A DNA stretch of 63,968 nucleotides, counting the filler, from Saprolegnia diclina VS20 (lineage: Eukaryota), in NCBI RefSeq assembly GCF_000281045.1. It is 6 parts of 2 records of this genome, joined end to end, with 100 filler letters (N's around TTAATTAATTAA, not from the genome) between each part and the next. Parts side by side here need not be neighbours in the genome. Positions count along the whole stretch, not along the records: positions 1 to 20,244 come from NW_008246068.1; positions 20,345 to 39,520 come from NW_008246068.1; 4 more parts are not named here. One strand, 5' to 3'. Each line of letters opens with the position of its first letter. Position 1 is the stretch's first letter. The notes under the pieces were generated by a model that saw only the letters and a program-made list of their open reading frames with translations, was not told the DNA's origin and did not search any database. Positions 10,582 through 23,965 of the stretch are shown in pieces. The position numbers and the translations under genes are program-made.

Positions 10582-12981
10582 ATGCTGCGTCGCGACGTCG
10601 GTATTTCACGTTTGCCCATGCTGACGTGTTCGAAGCTCATCCTCGGGGTCCTTGCGGCGGCCGACGCGGCCACCATGCTCGCTGGCTTCCAGCCATCGCC
10701 CGAGCTTGCGCCGCAGGGTCAGAGGGCGCTCAGCGATGCGCCGTTCGAGCTCTCTATCGGCATCAAGGCTGCCGACCCCTTGGCGCTGGAAGCGCATTTC
10801 TGGGCCATCTCGGATCCGAGGTAAAGTTGTCAACTGCACCGTCAACAGAAATGCCTCACGCTGTGTGGTAGCCATCCAAAGTATAGCCGATTCTTGGCCC
10901 AGCATGAGGTCGACGCTCTCACAGCGCCTCGTCCTGATGCGCTTGACACGGTCCAGCGTTGGCTTTCTGCGCATGCAGTCGACAACGTGACGTTTTCTGC
11001 CACGACCAACCGCTTTACGGTATGTGTTGGGTGCGTTTCGGAGCAAGGTGTGCATGGACGTTGGATCCTAGGCGCGAACGACGGTGCGGACGCTCGAAAC
11101 CATGATGCAGACAACAATTCACGCATTCAACGTCGATGACGGTCACCGATTGTTGCGCGCAACGACGTCACTGACGCTGCCTGACGACGTGGCGCCACAC
11201 GTGGCATACTTGAACGTCAACACAGCCCCGATGCGCCGGTCGCTTCGTGCAGCGGCTGTGTCACCGACTGACGCTGTCCGCAATGGCGCTGGCGTCACGC
11301 CAAGCTTCCTTCGCGAGCTGTACAAGATCCCGGTTCAAACACACCCGAACGAGACAAATGCGCAGATGATTCCAGAGTTCTACAATGAAGCATGGAGCCA
11401 AGACGACGTTGCGACGTTCTTCCATCAGTTTATGCCCAACGAATCCTTGCCTACTTTGCACTCAAACAACGTAAGTCTGCACTGTCGTCTGCTGTGCTTT
11501 ACTAACTGTTGACGAAGGTGGCAGGCCGGGACAACGCCCCCGATCACGCCAGCGCCGAGGCGTCTCTCGATTTACAGTACATCACGGCGATCGCACCCAA
11601 GACACCGACTTTCATTTGGTCTCAGGCCGGCGCCAACCCCTACTCGGCGGCCGACGAGCCCTTTGTCGAATGGGCCACGGCAATGCTCTCGATGGACAAG
11701 CCGCCGTACGTCGTATCGCTTTCGTACTCGGACGATGAAGCGCACATCTTCGAGTCATCCGAAAGCTACGCACGAAGCTTCGATACGTTGCTCATGAAGC
11801 TTGGTGCGCGTGGCGTCTCGGTGGTCATGTCCAGCGGCGACGATGGCGTTGCTGTAGGCCCTTCTATGAAACATCCTGTCGCGCTCACAACATGTATGTA
11901 GGGTCAACGCCCAGCGCTTCTCAAGACGCATACCTCGAATGCTGCAGCATGGTGCAAGCGCGCCAATCCACAGTGGCCAACGAGCTCGCCGTACTTAACG
12001 TCCGTGGGTGCGACGATGCTGAGCAAGAGAGGGCTAACACCTGACTTTTTCGCCACGGACGAAGAAGTTGTCTGCTCGTCCGAGCTCGGGGCGCTCATCA
12101 CGTCTGGTGGTGGCTTCTCAAACCAGTACCCGCGTCCATCGTACCAAGCTGATGTTGTTGCAGCCTATCTCAACTCGTCCGCAATCCCGTCGCTGGTACG
12201 CTCGCATGCGTCTCAAAACCATGACCCTCACAGAAAATAGGCATACTTTAACGCGTTTGGCCGCGCGTACCCGGACGTGGCTGCGTTTGGCTCCAATTTC
12301 AAGGTTGTGATTCGCGGGTCGACCAGCTTGATTTCTGGCACGTCGGCGTCGGCGCCTGTGTTTGCCGGCACCCTCACGCTAATCAACGACCTGCGCCTGA
12401 ACGCGGGAAAGCCACCGCTTGGTTTTGTCAACCCGCTCTTGTACAAGGCTTACGCGCAAGACCCACGATCGTTCAATGACATTGTCGTTGGGTCCATTGC
12501 GGCTGGCATGGGGTCGGCCAAGCCCGTGTGCTCGCAGACGTTCCGCGCAACGAGCGGCTGGGACGCAGCATCCGGTCTTGGTTCCCCTAACTTTGAGGTG
12601 CTCAGGGATTTGCTCGTACACCCAGAGGCGTGGCTTGCGACAGCGTTTGACGGACCGCCGAAGGCGAAAAACAGCAGCCAAGGAACGAGCGAAGTCAATC
12701 GCAACAACGTGCCCGTCGTGCTCACAGAGCGGCTCTCGAACCTCGCGATTGTCGTTTGCGTCGCGACGCTTGCCGCCGTACTCGTCCTCATTGGATGCAC
12801 CTGCTGTTACGTCCGCCGCTCGCTAAAGCACAAGTCGTATCAAGAAATCGACATCAACAAGCCCGACACGCCCATGTACCCTTCAAAAGCCAAACAGGAC
12901 GCCGCCGCCATCTTCACGATTGACGACGACGACGACGACGAGAAGGACATCGAGCTAACGGAGGTGCCACTGGGCAAGTAA
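10582..12981 (+). CDS. Sedolisin/tripeptidyl-peptidase I (S53) precursor with C-terminal TM helix; about 6 exons (alternative start 10618)
   Basis: Signal peptide; prodomain ISDP.HPKY..FL; catalytic EASLDLQY, SSGDDG, GRAYPDVAA, ISGTSASAP, GWDAASGLGSPNF. Introns at about 10821-10871, 11020-11071, 11471-11517, 11854-11901, 12196-12240. Confidence 0.9.
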
Positions 12982-13071
12982 AAGAGCGTATCGTTCGTTA
13001 TCGTTGAATAGACTGTCGTGGATCTCAAAAAAGTGTTCTCACAGCGATTGGTTGCTTTCAATTTTAGCTAC

Positions 13072-16000
13072 TTAGGGGCGAAGGGACTTCAGTTCGTCGA
13101 GCATCTCATCCAGCTAACGAGTTCCATGGGCACAGGTCAATCGAGGCACACGTACTTGAAGTTGAAAGCGCGTGATATCTGCATTTTTGAGCGTGAGAAC
13201 ATGCTCATAGTGCGCCCGCAACGCAGCCTGCTCTAGGTGGCTCGACGCCGTTGCTTGCTGGAGGAGTGCCTGCAGCTCCGTTTCGCGCACCGCGTACTTT
13301 TGCATGAGTGCGTGTACTTGAAGCTCCAGCGCCTTGTATTGCAGCATTGATGGCGTGTTGGGGACCTCAAGTTGGCGTGTGAGGTCGCAAACTTGCGTCT
13401 CGAGGTACGGTATACGGCCGGCCGTCGCTTGTGCCTTGTGCAGGTCCTAACGTCATCACGTCATGAGATTCGATCGGTTTTCTGTGGAACCACGTTGTGG
13501 GCCACTGCAAGCATTTGTGTCACGCGCAGAATTTCTTCGTGCAGCAAGTCTTTGGCTTCGCGGAGCTCGGTGGCGTGGCGAGTACGCACGCTCTCCATCT
13601 CACGCTCCAAGTCGTGGACTTGCGTGACGAGCGCATCGTACGACGCTTGCGACACGCTCGGCGAGACGACAACGGACGACGACTGGATGAGCAGCCTGCG
13701 AGCTTCGTCACTCGCGCTCAGTTGCTGCTGGACGCTGGCGAGCTCAGTCGTAAGGTCGGTGACCTGCTTTTTGAGTCGCGCCTACTCGAAACGCCCGTCA
13801 ACAAAGTAGTACACAACCAATACTTCAGCACCACGAAAGACGGGCTATCGTCACTGATTGGCGGCGGCTTCCGACCTCGTGCATCCTGCAGCTTCTTTTC
13901 AAGCTCCTGTGCCAGCCATGAGACTCTTGGGTGAAGGATGAGTGCACCTTTATCTTGGCCGTCAGCGTCGTGCGGTCCGACGACGCTGCGAGTTTCGCGT
14001 CGAGCTGGGCTCGAAGTTGCGCGACGATACGCTCGTGCTGTTGGCGAAACGCTGTGAGTTTTAGTTCGTGCGAGTGCTCAGCCGTTCTTAGCTGCTCCTG
14101 GAGTGCATGAACCTGGAGCTCATGCATGCGTTTGCATTCGGCAAGCTGGTCATCAGCGGTGGGCTTGCTCGCAAGGATGAGGTTGACGAGGCTGTCGGGG
14201 TGTCGTTTTTGCATGGCGCGTTCCATTTCGGCAATCTGTCCCTCGAGCGCCTACGCATGTGGTCGACAACGTCATCATAACGCTCAGATTTATACCTGAA
14301 TACGTCGGCGATCTGCGGCCCGACTTGGTTTTGCTGATGTTTCCGACCGAGGCTGACGCCGGAGGTCGTCGATCGTTGCCCGTTGTTGCCGCAGCAGCTC
14401 GTCTTGCTCGTCTAGGTATCGCTGATTCTGAATGTACCTATGTCGACACTGGTAGAACCTCAAAATATAATCACACGTAGTTAGAAACCAGTCGAGCTTG
14501 GACTGTAGTGCCGCGATTTTGGCTTCAGCGTCATGCTGCTGGGCTACGCTAGCCGCGCGAAGTTGATCATAGGCGTCGTTCTCCCGCTGCAGAACGTCCA
14601 TGTGAACCCCTGCGATCTGACACTCGAGGTCCTTCTTGGCTTTCTTGACCATGTCGAGCTGCACACGACGATACATGAGGTGCAAGACACACACACAAAG
14701 TCAGTCGCACCTCAACCTTGAGCTCCCGCTCGTGAGTTGCGTGGAGGTCGACGGCATCGCGTAGCTCCTCCTGAAGCGCGAGGATCCGCACGTCGGCGGC
14801 AAGCGTGACGTCCAGGGGCGGTCTCGCTTGGATTTGCTGCTGCTTCTGTAGCTGGTGCCGGAGGTCTTTGATGGTCGCCAAATGTGCTTCGTTTTGTGCA
14901 TGCACGTCGTACTAGACGGATGATTGCACCTCGCAAAATATCGAGGAAAGTCATACGTGTAAGTCCCGCCGCATGTCTTTTAGTTGCTGCATCAGCCGCT
15001 CGTTCTCAAGCTGGTAGCCTTGGATCAAGCCTTCTTGCGTCTACCATAGAGGTGGTCGCGTAACCAAAACACGCGTGTTCGTACCTCCATCTCCTTGCGC
15101 ATTGTGTCGTAGGCAGCGGACGTCATCGCGACACCGTGGCGGGTCTGGCTGTGCACGTACTTGCCAAGAAGTCGTGCATCCGACAGCGTGTGTACGTCTT
15201 GGGATACCGAGAGCGCGTCCCGCTCGTGTTGCAGTGAAAGAATCTCGCGTTGGGCGGCTTGAAGCTCTAGCTTCATCTCATTCTCCTTGTTGGCAAACGC
15301 GCGAATGAGAATCTTGTCCCGCTCAAAAGCATTGGTGACTTGGTCGTCGTGAGAGACGCGCGCGGCGTCAAGGGTCGCTTGCAGCTGTCTGAAGCGGTCT
15401 GCGGCTGGCAGTTGGGCCGCCGTGGATGTGGCGTGAAAGGTTGCAGTGTGAGTGGCGACGGGGCTGGCCACGGGTCCAACTGTTGGCACAACCGCGGGCG
15501 GGATGGAGAGTACGGTATCACTGATCACAGCGTCGACGTCCAACGTTGCCTCGAATTTGCTGGGACCGTCAACGAGCTCGACAACGACTTCTTCGGCAAT
15601 TGGTGGCGTCAGTTCGGCCTCGACAGTGACAGCGCGCAAGTTGTATGCGGGTGCCTCGGATGTTTCTTGCAAAAATGACAAGTATGACGGCACGTCCGCA
15701 ACAACAGGGTTGACGGCTTCTGATGCTCGTCTAATTCGACACGTGCGTCATTAAAGATCAGGAAGCCTTTAAGGTCGGTACACTGGGTCTGTCGAGTCAG
15801 CAAGAGGAAGGTCGGGAGGTGGTGGGGGGCCAGGCGACTACGCATTTAGACTAAAGCACGCAATAATAAGTCATCAACATACCATAGGAGGACTGGCTTC
15901 GTCGGGTTCAAAATCCACGGGTGGTGGTGGTGGCGGCGGTGACAGCGGCGGCGTCATTCCATTCGCGTCGGCCGATTCCTCGAATCCGTCGTCGTCGTAC

Positions 16001-17179
16001 ATATCCATGACATTGTCCTCCGTAGCATCCTACACACACGTCAAGAATGCAAAAATGTATAAAAGTCGGACCGGTACTGCCTCAAACTCGTCGCCGTAGT
16101 CGTCACTCGCGTCGCTGGTCTCCACTGGAGGCACCTCTTTCTCAAGCGACGGCTCGAGCGAAAATAGATCCTGTAAAATGGCGTCAGCAAGACACAAGCT
16201 GTGAGCGTGACGAGCACCTTCATTTTGGCAAACGCGCTTTCAAAGGGTGCTGGTGTCGATGTCTCGGCGAGCTTTTCTGCAGCAGCGTCTGCATACCGGA
16301 ACGGTTCTAAAGCGCGCGTTAGTGCCGAAATGCGGGGGCGTCACCACTACGCCACCTGCAGGCGCCGACGTAACTGCGACATCAACAGTAAATGGCACCT
16401 CAACGCTGGCCTACACGCGCTTGAAATTCACACCGAGATATGATACCGTACCTTGTTGATAGGTTTCTTGGCGTACCCACCAACCTAACAAGGTCAGGAC
16501 TAGAAATGCCAGAAACGATGGACCTACCTCGAAGTCTGCCGATTCCATTCCGAGCGAGTCGGAAGACTCATCAGACGAAGGCTCTTGCGTTGCTGGCTCG
16601 AGTTGTACTGCCGGAGGCTCTTCAGGCACAGAGGCAGCAGCAGCTGGCGCCTCGACAAACTACGAAATACGTCGCACGGAAATGTTCCATAGACTTTACG
16701 AATACCGGAGCCACCGCGTCAGCGAGTGCGCTTCCGTGCCGCTTGAGGATGTCCGCCATTCGTTCTTCAAGGCTCAACTTGCGTGACAGCGTGACTGGCT
16801 TGGTGCGCGCTTTGGGTTTCGGACGAGTGTCCTCGTCGCTCTCGCTCGTCGCTGCAGGACGCATCTCGAAGTTGTACGGGTCATCACTGCGAGCAGTTAA
16901 ATGAGGCCTTATAAACTTACAAAGAGTGCGCAAGCACTTGCCTATCGTCGAGAGTAGGGCGCGACATCTCTATGCATCGCGTAAGCAGCCACTCGTCCAG
17001 ATCGGAGCTAGGTACCCGCCGTGCTGGTTCGTCTCGATTGCTTTTTCTTCTTGGCCTTAGCGAAGGCTGCGTGCTCGTCGTCCGAGTCGCCTTCGAGGAA
17101 CCTACAGCAACGTGCCACGTAAGATAAGAGGCCACTCCCGCCGTTGCCACGACCTTTCGAACTCATCGTCAGACGACAT
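13072..17179 (-). CDS. CEP162: Centrosomal protein CEP162 (QN1)-like coiled-coil protein, multi-exon
   Basis: Spliced segments KLDW|YIQNQRYLD, ADRRRIQ|ALEGQIAEMERAMQKRHPDSLVNLILAS and C-terminal KNADITRFQLQ|LDEMLDEL match remembered CEP162 motifs; N-terminus MSSDDEFER|FLEGDSDD. Internal exon limits are approximate. Confidence 0.72.
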
Positions 17180-20100
17180 TGCGCTCGCCGTTGCGAAAAT
17201 GAAAGGTGCACCTCTTCTGGAACGGTCAAATACGCACCCAAAATGGCACCGACGTAAGTGCTTACTTACATGTGAGAGAGACCCATTCCTCTATCAAGAC
17301 CGAGCTACTTGGGGGCAACAACCGTGTTGGTGTCCGCCATGCCAGAGGTGGGCGAGGCGGTCCCCCCAGAGATGACGCCATGCGGTTGGGGCCAATCGAG
17401 TTGTGAGGTCGGTGAGACGTTGTTCGTTGATGCTGGTGTGCTTCGTGAGTGCGTCTGGTGCCTTCTTGTCGAGAGGGCGAGGTCTGGTATTGTACCACGA
17501 CATAAGGCCGCAGCACCGCCGTTTCGGAGCTCGAGTAGTTGCTCGGATCATTTTGGCACGCCGAAGCCACATTCTTGATCTCGCGCGATGCTGTTGGTAC
17601 TGAGCGAGATGTTGTTGAGGTGTGGGTGATGGCTCGATCCGTAGATGCACGTTTCGACATATACAGGTTGTCTTGGGGCCTTGGATGTGGATATGGACTT
17701 CCTTGCTTTGATGTCTTCTTGGTGCTTGAGAGTTTGATCCTTGTCGTTAAGAGACTTTGCGTCGTCGATTTCGAATGTACATGACTCGGGAGCTTGGGAT
17801 GATGAGGGTCGAGGCATGCTCGCACCACAGCGAGTACGATTGGCCGCTTCTGCCGGGTGACGACGCGTGCACATCCAGCCGAACGAGGTCCGACTGCAAA
17901 GCTCGGGATGGCGAACATTGAACTCAAGATGCGGTTGGAGATCGGGAAGGGAGCCATCTTGGTCGAGCGCAAGGAAAAGGTGACAACCGAGCAAAAAATC
18001 GAGCTTCTTCTCTAGTCGAGCGCTACGAGGCGACCTTCGGCGAGCAGCGTAAGGCGCAGTACAGTGACTATTGCGACAAGCGCAAGAAGACGATCGGGTT
18101 CCATCCGCAGCGCGTGCGCGACCTTCTTCTTCCGACGCAAGTTCAAGATGTGGACGGGGGGGGATCTGGACAAGCTCCGTCAAATAACGGCGCTACTTGG
18201 TTGTTGTGATGGGCCGCTGAGTGAGCTCACTTGCGAGGTGCGCAGGGCCGCGCCGAGCTCGGGGAAGGTTGTCCATTCGCGCCAGATGTGTCTATATGCT
18301 GACCGCTGCTCGTATCTTGACCAAAGACGACAGCCAAGGCTGCCGCGCGTTTTTGTCGAGTGCTCGGTACATCCAGCGCAGGCGTGCTGTATTCGGTGTG
18401 TCTGCCCACGAAGCCGTGTGGGTCTTTCATGTTGACGTTTGTTGTGGCGGCGGCTGTGTCTAGGAGCGAGTTGCTACGTCCCGGACTGAGACGTGTCGGG
18501 ACCCGGAGCCAGTGCACTGCTTGCGCCGCCAAAGTGACGCGATGTTGACACCATACACCGCTGGACAATGCCACAGAGAACGCCAAGTTGCCACACGAGT
18601 GTAGTGGTACTGATCGCCAGCACCTCGATGTTGACGGTTGAGGTGCTCAATGGTCCTGAAATTCGTTTCCCACTCTCACACCGGGAGATCAACGACCAAG
18701 CGTTCGCGGGTGTTCATGGAGGTGTCGACATCAGCATTGCATCGTCGTTGCCTTGCTAGCCTCATTTTCCACGTCATCAAGCTGAATGAACCGTGCCGAT
18801 NNNNNNNNNNNNNNNNNNNNNNNNNNNNNNNNNNNNNNNNNNNNNNNNNNNNNNNNNNNNNNNNNNNNNNNNNNNNNNNNNNNNNNNNNNNNNNNNNNNN
18901 NNNNNNNNNNNNNNNNNNNNNNNNNNNNNNNNNNNNNNNNNNNNNCGAAGTGCGCCACCGAAAAGGTCGCGCCCAGTACGTCGAGGTCAGCTCGGGCCGG
19001 AAGCCTGCGCGAGCCCAAATTAAGCGAGCGCCCAGTAGAAAGCTGTGTTGGTCTTGGTGAGCTGTCGTGCGCGAGCAAAGTTCCGCGCTCCACAAAACGC
19101 GGTGCGGATCGACGGTGAGCGTGAACATGCATGGACGCGCGCCAAGAGACGACACCAAACTCGAGGTTCCGGACGAGGCCGCTGGTACAGAAAACGTGAC
19201 GGATCATGGATGGTCGCCTTCTTGTTGACGACGTAAGGGGAGCATGAGCCGAGTTGTGCTGAAAATGATGCTGCTCGGAGATACGCCTTGGGCGAGCCGC
19301 GTGATCGCGTTGCCGACTACACAATGCGTTGGCAGAGCTGCACTAGCCGGTGGGAGCCGAGAGATCGATGTGTAGCGCTAACCCAAAAGTGGTTGCTGTC
19401 AGCTGCACAGCCTCGCGGGTGTCGAGAAAAACTGCGGCAGTGTCGCCCGATGTGCCCATCACGTCCGCGCTCGTTGGAGCTGCCGCATGTAACCAGGTTA
19501 TGTACCTCTGCCNNNNNNNNNNNNNNNNNNNNNNNNNNNNNNNNNNNNNNNNNNNNNNNNNNNNNNNNNNNNNNNNNNNNNNNNNNNNNNNNNNNNNNNN
19601 NNNNNNNNNNNNNNNNNNNNNNNNNNNNNNNNNNNNNNNNNNNNNNNNNNNNNNNNNNNNNNNNNNNNNNNNNNNNNNNNNNNNNNNNNNNNNNNNNNNN
19701 NNNNNNNNNNNNNNNNNNNNNNNNNNNNNNNNNTCCGAAGACGCCTTAACAGTCCGAGTGGCGAGTAGCTTGCCTCGCCCGGAAGTGCGCACAGGCCCAT
19801 TTGCGGTTCTTTACGCCGAGACGACAGAGTCGCTGGTGCCGGCGCTGTTGGCAAACTGAGCGGTTGTAGTTGCGTGATTTGTTCAAGGTGGAACGCACGA
19901 GTACCCACCTTGGCAGCTTCACAGCTCCAAGTCCGCTCTCAAAGCCCCCCCCGCGCGCCGCCGGGCGGTGTTGGTGAGAGTTATCGCAACCATGTGAATG
20001 CGCAGCCGCCCGTCAACACCGGTGCACCATTAGTACCGTCATCGAAAGAGGCGCAGCCAGAATGTCTGACGGAATTGGTGAGTGTGCTTGGTAGGCGTGG

Positions 20101-20288
20101 TTTTGACTGCCGCCTTGACTGCGACCTTCGATGGCCTGTCGTGTTGCCACCGCCAGGTGGCTTGCCGTGCTGGCCGTGGGCTGGGTCACGGGTCTGCGCC
20201 CGGAAAGCTTGTGACGGCTGCGACGGCGCCAGCGATGCCGCAGGNNNNNNNNNNNNNNNNNNNNNNNNNNNNNNNNNNNNNNNNNNNN

Positions 20289-20300
20289 TTAATTAATTAA
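20289..20300. other. Artificial contig spacer TTAATTAATTAA
   Basis: Palindromic six-frame stop linker centred in a 100-bp N block (44N+12+44N). Confidence 0.95.
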
Positions 20301-20344
20301 NNNNNNNNNNNNNNNNNNNNNNNNNNNNNNNNNNNNNNNNNNNN

Positions 20345-21585
20345 CCCATGATGAGCACCAGACCGAGACGCCCTTGGACCAACTCGGCGTTGCGGAGGTA
20401 GACGCGCAGCTGGCGCAATGCAATCGCCATCGTACTCGATAGAAACGGCTCGGCAAACGGCGCGATGGGGGCGAGCGGCGGCAGCGATGGCGTCTGCTGC
20501 ATCCGCGCCAGCATGGCCGCATGGACCGACGAGCTCAAAAACGCGCTGGCGAGCTCCCGGGCACTCAGCGACGGTCCATCCAGGTCCGGTGATCCAATGT
20601 CGACGAGGAAGTCGGGCACGTCGCGGTGCGGCGGGCAGGAATAGCCCAGCGCCTCAAAGTAGGGCATGCATGCGTCGCGCGGTCCGTGGTACAAGGTGTA
20701 GCCGTCGTGGAGCAGCAAAACATTGTCAAAGAGATCAAAGACATCTTGTGCTGGCTGAAGAAGCGCAATCACCACCGTCTTTTGGAGCGAGGTCGCCAGG
20801 CTTTTCTGGGCCGACACGATGTCAAACGTGGCAGCGGCGTCGAGGCCGGTGCTGATCTCGTCAAGGAACGACGCGCGCTTGAAGCCAAACTCCATCTCGC
20901 CCATCGTCACGCGCTTGCGCTCACCGCCCGAGACGCCGCGGAGCATGCTGTTGCCGACGACCGTGTCCTTGCAGTGGGCGAGGCCCAGCTGGCGCGCCAC
21001 GAGGTCCGGCGCCGCCGCTTCGATCGACGCCAGAAGCGGCGTCGCGTGCTCGGGCACCGCCGCTAGCTGCTCGCGGCTCGTGACGCAGCGAGACGCAAAC
21101 GACAGTGTCTCGTGCACCGTGAGCGTCGGGTAGTGCACGTCGCGCTGCGCCACATACGACGTCCAGCGCGCCAAGTGGGGACCCATGTCCGAGACGCCAT
21201 TGTACGTCAGCTGCCCGTCCATGCGAAGGCTCTTGGTCGTCTTGACTTGGCCGCTCAAAAGCTTGAAGAACGACGACTTGCCGGACCGGGGCTGGCCGAG
21301 CACGAGCGTCATCGTCCCGGGCGTGAGCGTCCCCGTCATCGGGTGCAGAATGTCCTTGCGCACGGTCCGCGACGGCTGGTAGAGACCGCGCACCATCGAG
21401 GTGACGTCGCTCATGAGCGTCGGCAGCTCTTGGCGCGTCATGAGCGGGACGTCGGCCGAGAGCGCGAGGTCCGTGAAGCGAATTTCGAGCGGCGGCAAGA
21501 CGCCGCCCACCTCGTCCTTGATCTTGCTGTGGTACGCGGCCGTGCCCTGGGCGAGGAGGTCGTCCGCCTGACCGGCTTGCTGCAT
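20345..21585 (-). CDS. PDR-type ABCG transporter, copy A; 5' part only (NBD1 to start of TMD1), truncated at contig end
   Basis: Walker A GQPRSGKS, signature RGVSGGERKRVT, Walker B FLDEISTGLD, IALLQP. The ATG at 21585 is preceded by Inr-like GCATTTTCGAATTC. Confidence 0.85.
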
Positions 21586-22954
21586 GCGACTCGAATTCGA
21601 AAATGCGTCCTCGACGCTAAAGCTGTCGTCGCGCCACATGGGATACGACAACTGAATGTGTGGTGGGGACGTGGCGCAATCCGCTCGATCGTGACGCCGG
21701 CACAAGCCGATCGCGTGTTCCTCAACATGACACGTGGTGAGATTACTACGAAAAACAGCTGCCATATTGTACAGTCGTCGTGTACATGGGTCGTAGAATC
21801 CTATACTGCAGAAAAGCGTGGGAGAGGTCACTTGGTGGAGCCACTGGTATATGCAACTCTGTAGCGGGGTTGTGGTAAACAGCAATGTGATCGGCCGTGC
21901 TCTCTTCTAACGTAATAGGGTGGAGGGCTAGGAATGTGTTCGCTTCAGAGTTAGATCAAGCGCTAAGCTCACGGTCCTGTGGTCCGTAAACGCTGAGTCC
22001 TAGCATATGGTCGACACAACCCTTGACAACCGCAGCCGGAGACCTGACGACCCGGCCATTGCGACCCCGTGCAACGAGAAAAAGTGCAACAGCCGGCGCC
22101 AATCAGGGATGAGCTGCAGTGGATTCCACCGACTCGTGGGTTTGGCGGGCGTTATCAGCGCCCTACTAGCTTATTTCTGCTGGGAGAACAGGAGACGACG
22201 CAAAGAGCGCTTGACCTCCTTCAGCGTCCAAAGCTGGCGGGCTAAACGTGCTGAGTGCGCATCAAGGTTGAGAATGATGGCTACCAAACTGCTCAAGGCA
22301 AAGCTTGTGCATCCATGGATGTTGTTGAATCTTTTGCTTGTCAGTGACGTGCAAAAGTGTAAGTGTAGTTGCATGACCGAAAGATTCGCGGTCGCCACGG
22401 GGCACGGGACATATTCTATCGCTACAATTATTAATAATGCTATGATTCGCTGGACAAGGGTTGGCAAGTGTGCTGGAGGCAAACCCGAGTAGAATAGACG
22501 CAGACCCCGCTCGTGGGTAGCGGAGAACTCTCGAGATGGCACCATACTGGGGTATTATTGGGAGTTTGGGGCTCGTAGGAGGTCTCGAGTACTAGTACAG
22601 TACTCGGCAGAGGACCTGGCGTAAAGGTGGCTGCGGAACCCACCGCGCGGCAAGCCACTTGGTAGGTGAAGTCGCCGTAGCTCGGTTGCATAATGGAGGA
22701 CCATTGTGAGTCAACGCAGCAGTCGAGACCGTCCATATACAAGCCTTGTGTCAGGCGTTGAGGTGTGGACAGAGTCACGCCAAAGAGACAAACCACGCAG
22801 TCTTGTGCACTAATAGTGAACATCACTAAACCCAGCTTAGTCAGTTCTTTCTGGGACGAGACGACAACCCCAACACTCACGACCAACTTGATTCGTCACT
22901 GACGTGGCGTCACGCCGTCGCTCGACCGTGTTGCAAATTTTTCTGCATGCATGT

Positions 22955-23100
22955 GATTGGTCTGCTCCACGTCTATTTGCACCAATCGCAGCATGATACT
23001 GCCGAGCCAGTCCACGCCCCATTTGATTCGCTGATTTTCAGCCAATCCACGCTCGCCCTCTACAACTTTGGCAGTGGATTGGATAGCACTGGCCAATCCA
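22955..23100. promoter_or_regulatory. Cluster of five CCAAT boxes upstream of the 23156 ORF
   Basis: GATTGG or CCAATC at about 22955, 22982, 23042, 23077 and 23093. Confidence 0.45.
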
Positions 23101-23155
23101 AACAGCAAACGAATGGAAGTTTCCGGCAGCAGCAGTCACACGGATCAGTTCCAGC

Positions 23156-23791
23156 ATGGCGACCAAGTCCGTGACCTTCGCCACCACCGCGTCCGTACGT
23201 AGCTACGCAGTAGCCTTCGTCGATGGCGTCCTGCCCGACGAGGACATTGGCATCGGCTTTGCCGGCGCGATGGTCGCAGACAGCCGCCACGTTGACATCG
23301 CCACGAGCGCCAAGCCTCGCCCGCGCCGCCTCTCATTCCGCAGCAAATGCTTGCTCGTCTACGGCACGAGTTCGCCGCCAGCTACCGAGACGGCGTACAT
23401 CGCCGAGCTGCAGGCACTAGCAGATCGCAGCCGAGGCGACCGCCTTGTCGCCCGCGCATTGAGCGACGACCCGAGTCCTCGGCGTCGTGAGCCCGGCAAA
23501 GAGCGCTGGAGCCCGGCCCAAGTGCGTGCACAGGCCAAGGCGGCCTACGCAGTGCAATGGGCGTCGACCATCGACGAGGTCGAGAGCGAGCCGCCGTGCA
23601 CCATGTACATCCCACCACCGAGTCTGTTTACAAATCCGTTCGAGATCGACTTTGTCGCGCGGTCCGTCGACGCCGAGCCGCACAAGAAGCGCAAGCGCGA
23701 CGACGCCGACGGCTGCCGCAGTCTTTCGTTCAAGTGCACCAAGACAGCGTCTGCCGAGGCGCCCAAAGCGTGGTGGCGGCTCTTCTTCTAG
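23156..23791 (+). CDS. Hypothetical protein, 211 aa, with N-terminal KSVTF (RVxF-like) motif and basic NLS-like HKKRKR
   Basis: Intronless ORF with GC3-rich coding bias, downstream of a CCAAT cluster. Confidence 0.65.
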   Translation: MATKSVTFATTASVRSYAVAFVDGVLPDEDIGIGFAGAMVADSRHVDIATSAKPRPRRLSFRSKCLLVYGTSSPPATETAYIAELQALADRSRGDRLVARALSDDPSPRRREPGKERWSPAQVRAQAKAAYAVQWASTIDEVESEPPCTMYIPPPSLFTNPFEIDFVARSVDAEPHKKRKRDDADGCRSLSFKCTKTASAEAPKAWWRLFF

Positions 23792-23965
23792 CTCTCGAAT
23801 ACACCTGATATATTCCAGTCCGGCTCTGGTGCGTCATCTCTAGCTCAAGTCCGTGGGGTCGAGCACGCCTTCTCCACCTGCAGACGCACGCAACGGGCTC
23901 GCGTGCAAGCGCAACACCAAAGTAGTGACGTCAACGCGTCATCAAAAGCAAGACAAATGTAATCA

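Noticed and set aside
17200..20244. Short interrupted ORFs, possibly a decayed transposon or pseudogene
   Set aside because: No RT, integrase, transposase or terminal-repeat motif could be identified, and the region is broken by gaps.
21927..22004. Possible three-way RNA junction closed by GCTAGGA...TCCTAGC
   Set aside because: The stems are short and there is no hammerhead, tRNA or snoRNA core on either strand.
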